Positions 1-12,500 of a stretch of 64,000 nt of DNA are shown here, in pieces; position 1 is the stretch's first letter, and the number at the start of each line of letters is the position of its first letter. Under the pieces are notes generated by a model. It made no database searches, was not told where the DNA came from, and worked only from the letters and a program-made list of their open reading frames with translations. Source of the DNA: Podarcis tiliguerta. Its lineage: Eukaryota. Made by a program: the position numbers and the translations under genes. The stretch lies in NCBI GenBank assembly GCA_965153285.1, contig OZ229110.1. One strand, given 5' to 3'.

Positions 1-118
1 GCTTTACGGCATCCCAGCATAGCACCTGTGACAGTCGTCGGTTCCTTGTCCGAATCAAATTGTAGATCTTTGGTTGAAGTCGATGTAAATACAGCAACTA
101 CGATATACTCTTCATCAG
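1..118 (+). CDS. CNTNAP5: CNTNAP5 coding exon (third from last, 5' end outside window)
   Basis: Frame 1 reads [39 protein letters not shown], matching the recalled Caspr5 stretch (human [39 protein letters not shown]). Donor CAG|GTATGT at 118/119, phase 1. Confidence 0.93.
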
Positions 119-3100
119 GTATGTTCAACAAACTGTTCAGGATGTTTGTTCAGTAGCATGCCTGTTTAATGGTTCTACTTTTAATTAGAAAATGTTGAGC
201 TGTGTAACAAAAAGAAAGAAAGGAGTATTAGTTTCCCTCGGTTGAGACTAGGGGACCTCAGTATCATCCAGCTCAGTAAATCTGAAGCATGCAACTAGAT
301 TAATACTAGTTGAAGTCCTTCATATCTTACCAGTGGATTCATGCAGGGTAACTTCACACTGTTGTAAGTGACTGGCTGAGATCAGGAAATGGAAATGAAA
401 TTTCTGCAGGTTTCATGAACATGTGCAAGTGTAATCAGAAACATTTCACTGAATTCCCAGTTGGTTTGTCCATGAACTGTTTTACTAGAGCTGAGATAGG
501 AGGGTTACTGTCTGGAAGGTCAGAAATTGCACCCAACTTGCCTTCTCCCAATGAAATAGGGAGAAAATGATATCATTGCTGCCTCCATATGCAGGTCCAC
601 TACTTATGTGATATTAGCAGCTCTGATAGCAATGACCTCTTCTCACTATTTGTATGACTGTAGCCCTGAGGACCAATCAGTAAGCCATTCCCTTGTGCTC
701 CTGGTCCTTGTGGCAGAGAAATAAATACACATGTGCTGTGTTTTTTTGGACACTTCTGCAGAACACATGAATATCATCTCTCATGCTGCCAATGTGCAGA
801 ACAGGAGTTTAATTATAAGCGTAAAAATAAAATTTAACAGTAAGAAATGACTGCTAATATATACCCTGAGAAATGGAGGAGAATGAAATTGATGGGGCGT
901 ATTCATATTGGAAAGGGCCTGGATTACAGTGCAGAGATTGCCACGAGAGCTGAAATAGAATTGAATGTGCAGCAGGTTTTTTTAACTATTTATTTCTATG
1001 AGATTAACCACACACACTCACCTTCTCAAATTAGGCATTCAAGGTGCCTTAACAAAGTAACAGTACAATATTGGATCAATGATCAAAACCAAAAAGCATC
1101 CATCCATAAAGCAACAACAGTCACCAAAGCTGGTCAAAAGCCTTAGGGAGTGGCTTTCAAAGCCTGGGTACACCCACTGAAAAAGCCAAAAGCATTTCAG
1201 GTATCGTCAGGTCCTAGCAAAATAATGGTGAGAAAGAGTGGAAAGATCATAGACTGGTGGCCACATTGATTCAAGACATAGCGTTATGTGTGGGTGTGCA
1301 TTTTGTTCTCTGCTTGTCTCTTATCCTCTCTGGTTTTAAAGAGAGTCATATTACTTGTTGATGATGATCCCAGCAGTTCATTTCTTGCCTGCAGTCATTA
1401 AATAGCCCCCTGGGAATCTTAAGTGTTTTGTATGTTAGGAAGGAAAACACATTGTGAAGCTAGTATTTGTATCACCATAGATGGAGGAATGAAAATGGCT
1501 GCTCCTAGATCACTGTCATACAGAAAATATTGCAAAAATTAATGTCATGGTTGGCAATTTTTCAAATGATCTAAAAACAACAACCAAGATTTGAAATTAT
1601 ATATGAGAAAACCAGCTGAACAGAATACAGCTAAACACCACAATTCATCTAGCAATTGGTTGTTATTTGGCTCTCTGCATAATAGATTTGCATGCAAATT
1701 GTCCACACTTTGGAAATAGCAATTTAATAATATTTCCTAGATTCTTTTATTTCAACACTATTTGCATTAGCACCAGATCCCCATTTTATTGTGTCTTGTA
1801 CCTGAGACATTCAGCAGGAAACAAGCAATGTTATTCACACCCTGCAAAGTGAAAACAAATTATGAATCACTTCCCCTTTGGTGAATATGTTCCTCTTTAT
1901 GTGCTGCTTTTAATGTCCATATTGCCTTGTTTCAGCTGTGACTTATTGGGAAGCATATCTTGCGTGGACGCACTGGCAGCATCACTGAGTGCTTTTTTGG
2001 GCTTGTGTAAATAAAACATTCATTCTCTCTCTTCTTCTCTGTCTCTCACACAGCACCCAAGTCTGCTCTTGCTTGCTTACATCATAGATGATAAAGAAAA
2101 TGCTAAGATTATATGGCCATAAGATATCAGCTGACATGACAGCTGAGAGAGAAAGTGCATTGGCCGCAACATTTGACTTGTAAACACAGCACTGGGCAGC
2201 AGCCCAGTCTATTTCAGAACCACTCTTATGTCTTCCAATTTGATTCATTATCTGGGACTGAAGCAGATCTTTTCAAAACAAAATGCTGGCTTCCAAATCA
2301 CTACAATAGGGGTTTCTGTGTAAAGGCTTGATATATATCAATTATAAAAGTAAAAGGTTTCTTATTTTTTTGCCAAATTGGATGCAGTTTGTAGGCATGG
2401 GCACCCCTTCTTTGGGGATGAAGCCTACCAAATGTCAGAACCATAGCTACAGTAGTTCTCCAAGGACACACTTTGCTCTTTTGTGATGAGTACAATAGTA
2501 ATCAGGGGGTGGGAGTGAAGTAGAGCAGGGATCCCTAGGAAAGACTAGGTTGGGGGAAATTTCACACTTCCCAGTGTGCACCCTGTTACCCCAAGGGTCA
2601 CTGCTGCGGGTGGGCTTCTCCTCACCATCACAGATTTTGGGGGGTGCAGCCTCTTCTCCCTGGGAGAGAAAGAGATCTCTCAGTTGACTTGTATAGAGGA
2701 ATGGAATGTGGGGAAAGAGCACAAATGCCCAGGAAACATTAGGGCGGTGAATGCCACCTTTCCAACAAGGAGTCTGTTACCACAAGGGTCATTAGTGGAC
2801 ATGACCTTCTGTCCACCACCACAGCCTATTGGGGATACACATCCTTCTCACTGGGAAAGAGGGGGAGGAGAGATCTCTATTGCCTTGCATAGGAGAAGGG
2901 GTGACAGTGGTGGATATTCAGCAATCAGCATAGATTGACTGCATTGTATTATTTTATTAATGACAATTTTCGCACCCTGGGCTTCTTTGAGAGGAACGGC
3001 AGGATGGCATTGACACACACAGGTTGAATGAAGCTGACTAACATATACTCAGAGGGGGACCCACTGAAAGCAGTGGACAAGTTAATTCTGGTTTCTATGG

Positions 3101-3610
3101 CTGACTCTGAGTCAGCTGGTGACAACCCTTTGTCAATAGCATACCCCATTCAGCCAGCCTCTCCATCATTAAAGTCAAGTACCTACTACTTGTGTTAGAG
3201 CAGTCTTTGAAATATAGAATACAGTCCCTTATGGTGACCTTTGGTAAAATCATCTTGGGAAGTAATATCTATTTTAAGAAGAGCATTCTACTAAAGTCTT
3301 ATGTGAAACTGTTCATTTCCTTGACTTCAGAATTTCCCTGGGCTCTACTGGGGAAGTGCCTTTTGTTACTTACCATCTGCTTCTCAGCAGCAAACACCTC
3401 TTTGTGCTTCCCTAATCTCATTTTTAACTGAGTGAATCATAACCCCAAGAAATATTAAAGCTTGTCAGCCGAAATTCTAAACACAAGCATCTCAACTGCT
3501 TTTTTAAACAAGCTACATAAAAATGATTCAAAGTAACATATATTTCAATACATATAGATAACTGCATTAAAAAATTCAAAGGAATAAATGTTTAAAGCAC
3601 CTCAAAATAT

Positions 3611-3835
3611 AGCCAGACCTTGGTTTTCACACGTCACGGCTGCCGAACACTGAAAACCTGGAAGTGAATGCTTCTGTTTTCAAATGCGCCTTGGAAGTCG
3701 AACGGCTTCCGAGCCACATTTCTCATTTTTTCCCCATGGAACTAGCTGACAGCCCTTTGATCCTCAGTTCTTGAACGTTTTGGAAGTCAAACGGACTTCC
3801 GGAATGGATTACGTATGAAAACAGAGGTTCCACTG
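3611..3835. mobile_element. Degenerate Tc1/mariner (pogo/Tigger-type) MITE
   Basis: Right end GAGGTTCCACTG|TA resembles the AGGTACCACTG|TA end of better copies; internal ACGGACTTCCGGAATGGATTA is shared with the 17476 and 21042 copies. Confidence 0.6.
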
Positions 3836-5357
3836 TATCCAGTGAAGTTGTCCTATTAGTGCAAGAGCTAACATTTGAAGGGCACATGAGGAGGAGAGAG
3901 TAGGGGAAGCTCTGTTGTGCAACAGTGCTTGGATGAAGGGGACAACTTCATGTACAACCCATAGTTTGTATGTTTTAACTTCTTTAACTCAGGTAATTTC
4001 ATCTTGCACAACCATGTTTTTAATGCTCTTTCTGGAGGAAGAACCTGTGCCGTTGGCTCATCCCCTCTCACAGACTTAATAGTTGGTGTTTTGTGCTGAA
4101 CCCTCTCAATAGTCTAAGAACATATGTGTCGCGATACCAATAACGAACGGATGGAGCTGGGGTTGAAACTAGTTCATCCTTTCCCATCCTCAAGTCCCTT
4201 TGCAACGGGGCTCGCCTCATGCCCAGATGATCAGTGAATGGTGCGGTGAATGACAGTAACCCAGCTTGAAGAAGTGTCGAAACACAGCTTGTCTCAATTT
4301 GCAAGACTTCTCCTTTGCTCATTGTTGGTCTAGCAAAAAGTTCACAGGTAGAAAATAGAAAGCTAATGTTGTTTGCAGTAAGAAGACAACATATTGTTAT
4401 GAAGAGGAAAAGAAATGACCAGGGATTGCATCTAGTGTAGCACTAAGTAACTTGTTGCATCTTACACTTGCCCAATGGAACTTCCTCCTACTGTGCACAC
4501 CCAAATCTGTTTCCTCATATCCTCTGGAGCAGATTTGGGGTGGGTGGGGGTGCACGCAAAAAAAATTATGTTGATGGGATACACCCCAGAATTTTGACCC
4601 TCACTATACTTTCCCCCTATGGACAGATTTTAACTTCTGGTCACTAAGTGGTCAAATTAAGACTATTCCCACTAGAAACCTATCATTCTCTGCCTCCGCT
4701 CCCATTTTGTGTCACCACTCCATAACTTCTAATACAATAATACTGAAGAGGATACACATCCAACATTTTATAACCAAATAATTCCACCGCCACAAGTAAA
4801 GAATCAAACTGTCACAATCCTAGCTAAGCCAACAGAATTCATTATATTACAAGGCAACACACAGTTACAACTATCTGTTATTCAGCCTTCAGTTTTATGA
4901 AACTGGTATGTATCCAAATACATGTCACTAAAAACTGGCAGGAACATTTTTATAAACACCATATTGTCTAAAAGTGTAATCCTTTGCATGAATCATAAGT
5001 CAATCTTGGGGTTTTGTCCCAAGAACTGTAATGTGTTCTAATCAGTTTGCAGTCTAATTGTATGTATTTTGCTGACACTAGGGTATTTTTTTTTTAATGG
5101 CACCTCTTTCAGTATTTCCTTTCTCTCCTTCCAGCAAGTTGCACATTTGTCTTTGTTACCTTCACATATTAAAACTCAGGAGCAGGAAATTATGGTGTTG
5201 CTAGTCTAGTCATTTGCTGTGTCACCAGAAATTCTGGATATTTTTAGCCCATTGGACCAGGAGAAGGCCTTGCTTGGGCTTCTGCTAGTGGGACCCATTA
5301 GCTGAATCCAGCCCGTTGCATATAAAAAATGATTCTTGTATCCTTAATGAATTTCAG

Positions 5358-5429
5358 ATCCCTTTGGGAAGGCAGATGAGAGAGAGCCACTCACCAATGC
5401 TGTCAGGAGTGACTCAGCTGTCATTGGAG
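5358..5429 (+). CDS. CNTNAP5: CNTNAP5 penultimate coding exon (72 bp)
   Basis: Acceptor TTTCAG| and donor GAG|GTAACC. Encodes (D)[23 protein letters not shown](G), phase 1-1, in frame with both neighbouring exons. Confidence 0.95.
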
Positions 5430-7077
5430 GTAACCTATTTTTTTCTTTAACCAAACAAACAAACTGAGCAAGAAACGCTTAAGAAAAAAATGTTAAGGAA
5501 AATATATGTGAATAAAATACAAAGTTATTTATTAAAATTATCACTGGGTTGTATACAGTATAGCACTAAGCTGAATGTTCCATCAGTGCAAGGATTTCTC
5601 CTTGCACAATGAAACGTCCCCCCACCACCACCCATTGACCTCCTAAATCCATTTTGGGGACTCTCCCAACCTCTAGAACAGATTTGGGGATAATTTTTTT
5701 TTGTTTAATGCTACCCATTGTAATAAACTCTCTACTAATAAATCCTCAGTAATCCAGTACTAATAAGTCATGTAACAATATCGGCCAAACAAGCTTTGAC
5801 AAAGTCTTCATCAGGGAGTTATCAAAAACAGAACAATTTGGCTTTGACTTCTATAGCCACTTAAAGGAGGATTACAAAACACACAAAGAAGTTGGTTATA
5901 TATGGCATGAGAGAATTTTTCAGGTCTCCTTATCTCAAGCTGAATGGGGCTTTATACACCAAAACAAAAGCCTTGAACTTCGCCCGGTAGCTAATACTTA
6001 CAGACGAATCCAGTAGAAAAACAAAATTGGATTAACTTGTGTGGATTATTTTTCCAGAGTAGCTGCATGGAGTCCTAGATTTGCCAGCACCTATATTTAA
6101 AGCTGCTAGAAAGCCCTGAGATTGGTGCTGGCTGACTAGAAGTCAAATGGAGATCTTGCTCAGGGGAATCAATCCCACTCTCTTCTGGCATGGCAAGAGA
6201 AGAAGCAACAGAAGCCCCAAAATTAGATGAAGAAGCCTAGTATTGGAAATAGGAAAGACTCCAAAATGATTCTGATATATGGGTGGGATGGGCGTGAGCT
6301 GTCCAGGAAAGAGAGCTTGAGAAAGCTCAGTGACATCTTCAGTGCACTGTGTCAGTGAAAAAGACAAAAATTTCAAAAATTATTAAGAAAGGGATTGGTC
6401 CTAACAGAGAAAGGCAATTACAGTTCAACATTATCAAGCTACCATCTGCCCAGTCTTAGAATACTTTTCCATTTCTTTATTGTCTTCTATAGGGTAAAAC
6501 CAAGGAGGTAGCTATACAGGTCTAGCCATTTCAATAGTCTCATGGGTTTCTTGAGAAATCATCAGCTTTGTCTTAGCCAAGCCCTATCTCAACACAATGT
6601 TAAAAGTCATCAAACTTTATGACCCGATGGTCTTCGTAATTAAGAAACAAGAATTACAATACCCATGAAAGAATAATTAAATTAGAACCGTATCCATTAA
6701 ATGTGACAGTCCCAATCCAGTGGATTAAGCACCCACTTGCAGCTAGAAAAACATGGAAGCATGAAAGTCTTAATTCCTTTCATAGAGATTTTGCTGAATT
6801 TGTCTCAGTTGAGCCTTTTCTTGGGGTTTCCCCTATATTTTGGCCCAAAAGCTGTTCCACAACTTAGAGAGATCTGCTGACAAGTGCCTATTTTGGTAAA
6901 ATAGAGGGGAGAGTTCTCATTTGGACTGTGGTGGCTTCTAGTAATGTTGCTATGTTGTAAACCACCCTGAGATCTATGGATTAGCTAAACCAACCAAAAC
7001 CCAAACCATTGCAGTGTTTGACAGCCCAAACCACGTGGCAGCTACCACTTGCTACTCTAGGAACACAAAAGCATTAA

Positions 7078-7461
7078 AAGGTAAACAGGTAAAGGACCCC
7101 TGTAAGGTTAAGTCCAGTCAAAGGTGACTATGGGGTGTGGCGCTCATCTCACTTCAGGCTGAGGGAGCCAGCGTTTGTCCACAGACAGCTTTCCGGGTCA
7201 TGTGGACAGCATGAGCAAACATCTTCTGCTGCAATGGAACACTGTGATGGAAGCCAGAGCACAAGGAAACGCCATTTACCTTCCCGCCACAGCAGTATCT
7301 ATCTATCTACTTGCACAGGTGTGCTTTTGAACTGCTTGGTTGGCAGAAGCTGGGACAGAGCAATGGGAGCTCACCTCGCCGAATGGATTCGAACCACAGA
7401 CCTTCCGACCAGCAAGCCCAAGAGGCTCAGTGGTTTAGACCACAGCGCCACCTGCGTCCCT
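7078..7461 (-). mobile_element. Sauria SINE
   Basis: Minus strand has a tRNA-like head (GGGACGCAGGTGGCGCTGTGG, B-box GGTTCGAATCC) and an ACCTTT-type tail; 13-bp TSD ACAAAAGCATTAA at 7065-7077 and 7465-7477. Confidence 0.9.
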
Positions 7462-8107
7462 AAAACAAAAGCATTAATGATTTGTGTTCAAGTCTCATAA
7501 TGGACACAGGACAGTTTACTCCCAACAGAAGGAAAAGGGCTATAGAGATTCAATAATTTATCTGGTGAAACAGCAGTTAAATCTTCCCCAATGATGTGTG
7601 TTGTGCATCAGCACTATTTGCTGATATGGCCATAATACCAGGTGCAGTGCATTGAGATCAGGCACCATGAATTTCAAGTGCTGCAGAACTGTGCAGTTAT
7701 AAGCAAAATCTGGAGTTTGAAAACCTCCATGAGCTTTGCAGTGTGCTGTGACTTGCTCCTGACTGATCTCTGTGTTGTTGAACAACTACAGCACTCTGCT
7801 TTTCCTCAGTGGAGGCTGGTTCCTTTGATTTCAGTCTGTCACCACCCATCCCTCACCTGCCTGCCTTCTTACCAGTCAAAGGGTGGCCCTGACAGTCAGC
7901 TTCCTTCTACTCCAGCTCAGTTTTGCTCTTGTCCTTGTTCAGCTCAATAGGGAAGAGGATGAACCTGGAATTGGTTGGCTCTGCCTGTCATTAGCTCTCG
8001 TTCCAATTACTGTTGGCCTGCTTGTTTTCTGCAGTGCCAGCCCCAAGAAGCACTAGCCGCTGCTGCTTCTCCCTTTATTGATTGTGCTTCTTTCCCCTCT
8101 TCCTCAG

Positions 8108-8304
8108 GTGTTATAGCAGTTGTGATCTTCATCATCTTTTGCATTGTGGCTATTATGAGCAGATTCCTTTACCAGCACAAACAGACACATCGGAGCAGCC
8201 AGACAAAGGAAAAGGAATATCCAGAGCACCTTGACAGTTCTTTTAAGACTGATGTTGACTTGCAGAACACAGTGAGCGAGTGCAAACGAGAATATTTCAT
8301 CTGA
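8108..8304 (+). CDS. CNTNAP5: CNTNAP5 last coding exon: transmembrane helix, juxtamembrane protein-4.1-binding-type motif, PDZ-binding C-terminus
   Basis: Polypyrimidine acceptor TTTCCCCTCTTCCTCAG|. Encodes (G)[67 protein letters not shown], the characteristic Caspr5 C-terminus. The 5' part of the track ORF 7975..8304 is intronic. Confidence 0.96.
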
Positions 8305-9200
8305 CAGACTCTCCAGCTCCATGTTACACTTTGGCATTTCTTTGATTATGATGGTTATTATTATTATTTTCTTACCCATCCATTTCTTTTGAATTTCCCC
8401 ACCCTTTTGGAAAGAACCCACTTTGCACAGAGGAGATTGGCAGCAATGGCAGTGTGCCTCACTCTCTTTGTGAAACCCACCACAGTTAACGCCTAACAGT
8501 TCAAGCAACTATACATTCTACCTAAGTTCCACATAACATGCATGGTTGACTGTTTGTTTCCTGGATTTCTGAAATGTTGTTTTCTGGACCCATTTAACTT
8601 GCCATCTCATGTCGGACCTGAGCGATATATACTAGAGGTAAAGTGTACAAGCTAACTATGTAGCATCACGGCTATTGCAACAAGGTAGTGGGAAAGACTA
8701 AGACCAAATTATCTCATATCTTTAATTGTGTGTTTAAAAGGAGACAAGTCCTCCTGTCTTTTGCAAATTGGCATAATAATTCTGTTTCATGTTGGTGGTG
8801 CTGTGTCGATTTTGCAAGCTGAGGATCTGGAATGATTTTGCCCCTCCTCCATATCTTTTAACCCTACCTTTGCATCCCTGTTATTATTTTATTGTAACTT
8901 TTTGACTTCAATATTCTCATTTTTAAGGTACCAACCTTGATTAAACAACAGCAATGAACAATTACAAAAATAATTCCTGGGCCAAGTATTATGCCCAGTG
9001 AATTTTGTCACTGTCAGGGGGAAGAGAGAAAATGGCCTCTACAGATTTTTGCAATCTTTGGGCAGTAGAAAAAAAACCTAATATTTGTAGTTGTGGAGTG
9101 TCTTACCATGATAGTGACTAGATGCCAGAGGATTCCAGACTTTCTTTTTTACAGAAATAATCTATAAAACTGCCTCAAGGCAGTTGGCCATTTTCTCTCC
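8305..9200 (+). other. CNTNAP5: Proximal CNTNAP5 3'UTR (true end unknown)
   Basis: Directly follows the stop codon; U-rich, no recognised repeat until ~9230. No cleavage site can be determined from sequence. Confidence 0.7.
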
Positions 9201-9229
9201 CTCCCCCTAAAAAAAAAATTCCCTCCCTC

Positions 9230-9585
9230 ATAGTACTAGGACCTGGGGTCAACCAATGAAGCTGAATGGTGGGAGATTCAGTACATACAATAAGTAGTAC
9301 TATTTTATCTGTACATAGTTAAACTATGGAAGTGACAAACGTAAGTTGTAGTGATGGCTGCCCACTTGACTGGCTTTAAAAGTGGGTTAGACATATTCAT
9401 AGAGCATCATGCTAACAATGGGGCATCATGCTCTGAATACTAGTTGTTGGGGATGGCAAGCTAGAGAAGACTATTGCGTTCATAACTTGCTCATGGGCTT
9501 CCCATGGGCATCTGGTTGGCCACTATGGGAGACAAGATGCTGAATTATATAGTCCTTTGTTCTGATCCAACAGGGCTCTTCATAT
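9230..9585 (+). mobile_element. CR1 LINE 3' fragment (within presumptive 3'UTR)
   Basis: GGGGTCAACCAATGAAGCTGAATGGTGGGAGATTCAG...GGCTTTAAAAGTGGGTTAGAC...GGCATCTGGTTGGCCACT; same family as the 15790 and 62920 copies. Confidence 0.75.
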
Positions 9586-12500
9586 GCACTTTATGACATA
9601 GTTATACCTAATGTACTTTTTTGTTTGCAATGAGGAATGGTGCCAGGCTGCTGCTTATTGCAGATACCTTACCACTTGGAGTGGTGGCAAAACTTTCAAA
9701 AAAGATGGAAACCCTCTAAATCCTTGTTTCTATCATAGCAGCCCCCCCTCACCCCCTGAAAAACTTTACAATTACATTTTATTTTTTTGGCACAACTTAC
9801 TCCAAAGCTTATGCTTCAACTGCAACTTCCATCACATAGGGTTGGCTAAAATCAGTACCTTCTATGGGAATATAACACTAGGTGAAGCATGAAAACGAGC
9901 AGTTTTTAGGTTAGGGCGCCCCATAAACCCTGACAGGAACAAAAATCTTAGCGATGCTGTTTAGAATTGATACTTAGTCATAATCTAGTGGCAAAGCATT
10001 AAAAGTAGTGGGATCAACCATTACTTTGTATCTATTCACTTAAAGCCAATTCTGTATGAAATTAAGCAAAAGACTGGGCTTGAAACAAAAAAGTAGATGA
10101 TGCAGGAAACTGGTCTGCATTTTTTCCTTCCAATTAATGTAGAATTTTAGGTTGGCATATTAAGACTGTTCCTTTCCACCACAGGAAAAACTGTAGGGCT
10201 GTGTGCTTTTGCTCCCAATTCACTCTTACATCCACTGACATCTCAAGAATGACAACCAAGAAACAGTGATAGGATAGAAACAATCACTAATGAGATTTCC
10301 AATAGAGAGCAGGCAGGCATTTTGTATTCCACCTGAAGGTTTTGGGAAAGTTTGGGTTTTATCTGGGGTAAGTGATATATATTATAGCCCAGGAGGATCT
10401 GCAGTATCCTGTGATATAGTAAATCTCTGAAGGTGGGTTTGTTCATTGGGTCTGCTCTAATGAGAACCAAGCCACACAGTCCAAGTTTGACCAAATTACT
10501 CTACACAGGATGGGCAAGAAAGACTCTAATTTGATGTTTTAATTTGATTGATAATTTCTCTCCCTCCCTGCTGTCATCTTCAGCAGCACTGTACCCCTCC
10601 CTGAACCACTGAATTTGAGCTCTTTATTCTATTAATGTCTCCTTATAGCGATGATTGTGATGTTGTAACTGCATGCATTTCCCTTTCTGTTCTGCTGTCA
10701 TTCTTTAGGTAATCAGATCTTTCAAGTCAGGCAGGTTCCCTCACATTACGTGCTTCAGTTCCCATTATTCCCCCTATGGTTTAAGCAGCAAAGATTGTTC
10801 TTCCCAAAAGTGAAACATAGAATCCACTGACTTAGGACTCTTATCACACCCTAGGTCAATGGCCATATGAACTTTCCAATAATTTGTTGCAGATGGCAGT
10901 GATCAAATAGGGCTTCTAAGTATGCCTTACTTATACTGAGAGGTGGAATTCACAGTAGATGCACTGAACTCATAGATTCATGCTAGGAGGAGAACTGAAA
11001 GGCAATTTGGGCCTGATGCTCAGAGTTCTGAAAAATCACCCTTTTGTCCTTGACCATAATTAGAAAGGAAGTTTTCCAGCCTTAATCCTGCTGAATGATC
11101 TGTGCACCAACCACTCAACTTTACAAAGCACATTCAATTGAACCTAGTGATTAGCTCCTTACAAGCAGCAACCTTTATCCTTTTTGTTTCTCTGATCTTT
11201 GATTATTAGAAGTTTCTTTAGCATGACAGGAGTGGTTCTGATGACACTCAACAGAGGCACTTATGCCTTTTTAAAGTGTCCCTCTTGCCAATGAGATTTT
11301 CCAACAACAGTTTCCTCCCCCTCCCAAATAAAACTTCTCCGTATTGCATTCTGAGTAATTTTTTGAAGGGAAGGAAAGGGAGAGCGACCCAAACAAATCC
11401 AGGAATTAATGAGTCCTTTTCTCTGTCTAAGGACTCCACATTTTTCCTCATTATTTTGACTGTTCTTTGGCCGAGTCATCTTATTTTATATGATTTTGCT
11501 AACAGGGAGCCATTCATTCGTAACCTGTTTAATTGCATTCTGAAAAGGGGAAAGGCAAGGCAGTGGAATTCACATTTTTATTTCAATAACTTTGCTCCCT
11601 ATAAATTATTGTGCCATATTTTCCCGTTACTCAACACAGCTGTTATAAATCACCACTTTGCTCTACTACATATTCTTTTCTTCATCTCGATATAAAAGTC
11701 AGCCTAAAGTGTAGCAAATTTAGCCCCAAGCAGATACACTAATGGGATGAAAAGAGAGGGTTTGGGGAATAAAGCAAAGCTGAATCATTATGCAGGGTAT
11801 GGGCTGCTTTTCACTATATAGGAAATCAGGGGTCTCATTCTTGCCAAAAATATTAAGCTTTATCAGTTAAAAACAAAAACTTGAGGAAAAGAAAGAAAGG
11901 GGGGGCGAAGTGTCATTAGAAAGCATGTAAAGTTTTTTTTATAAAAAAAAAGACAAGGGGACAATTTTTGCTGGAACTGCAGTACATGAGGAGGGAAGCT
12001 TTAACCCCTTCCATCCCCAACCATGATAGCAGTGAAAACTGTTCCCACTCTCCTGTTAGCCTTAGGAAAACAGCACCCACTGGTGCCCTAGTTAGGAAAA
12101 GCTAGTCTTGGCAAAAATTGGTTAGAGCACACATTCCCACACAATAGCAAAAGACGCATCCTCCAGTGTCAATAGGACTGTTGACATCCACACCAGATAT
12201 GTGAATGGAAGGCTGCTTCAAGTATGCAGATCTCCATTGCTGGATTGAGACATGAGTACATGAATACTACTTTTTCTGTCCATTTCAGTCACAGAGTTTG
12301 CGGTTTCTAATTGACAAATTTTTGTTTGCTTGCTTTGTGAATGGGTGGAAACATATTGCCATCCCATTCCATGTATACTTGATTTGGGGAACAATTCAAT
12401 CTTCTCTCCAAGTCTGACTGGACTCTTAAAGCGCCAGGGCTGCTACATCCACAGTTTTGCCACGCACAGCTGTCAGGGTGCAAGTGGGGTGGGGGCAGCC

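Noticed and set aside
2581-2591. CCCTGTTACCC shared with 41949-41959
   Set aside because: An 11-mer match is expected by chance among all pairs of positions in 64 kb.
3920-3933. CAACAGTGCTTGGA, identical to part of the ferritin iron-responsive element
   Set aside because: Intronic, lacks the bulged C, has a mismatch in the upper stem, and no ferritin coding sequence follows; probably chance or repeat-derived.
3868-4322. Two abutting minus-strand ORFs as a possible endogenous viral or retrocopy remnant
   Set aside because: No recognisable protein motif, poly(A) tail or TSD; treated as chance ORFs in the intron.
7975-8107. N-terminal extension of track ORF 7975..8304
   Set aside because: Lies upstream of the strong acceptor at 8107; it is intronic, and Caspr5 homology starts at 8108.
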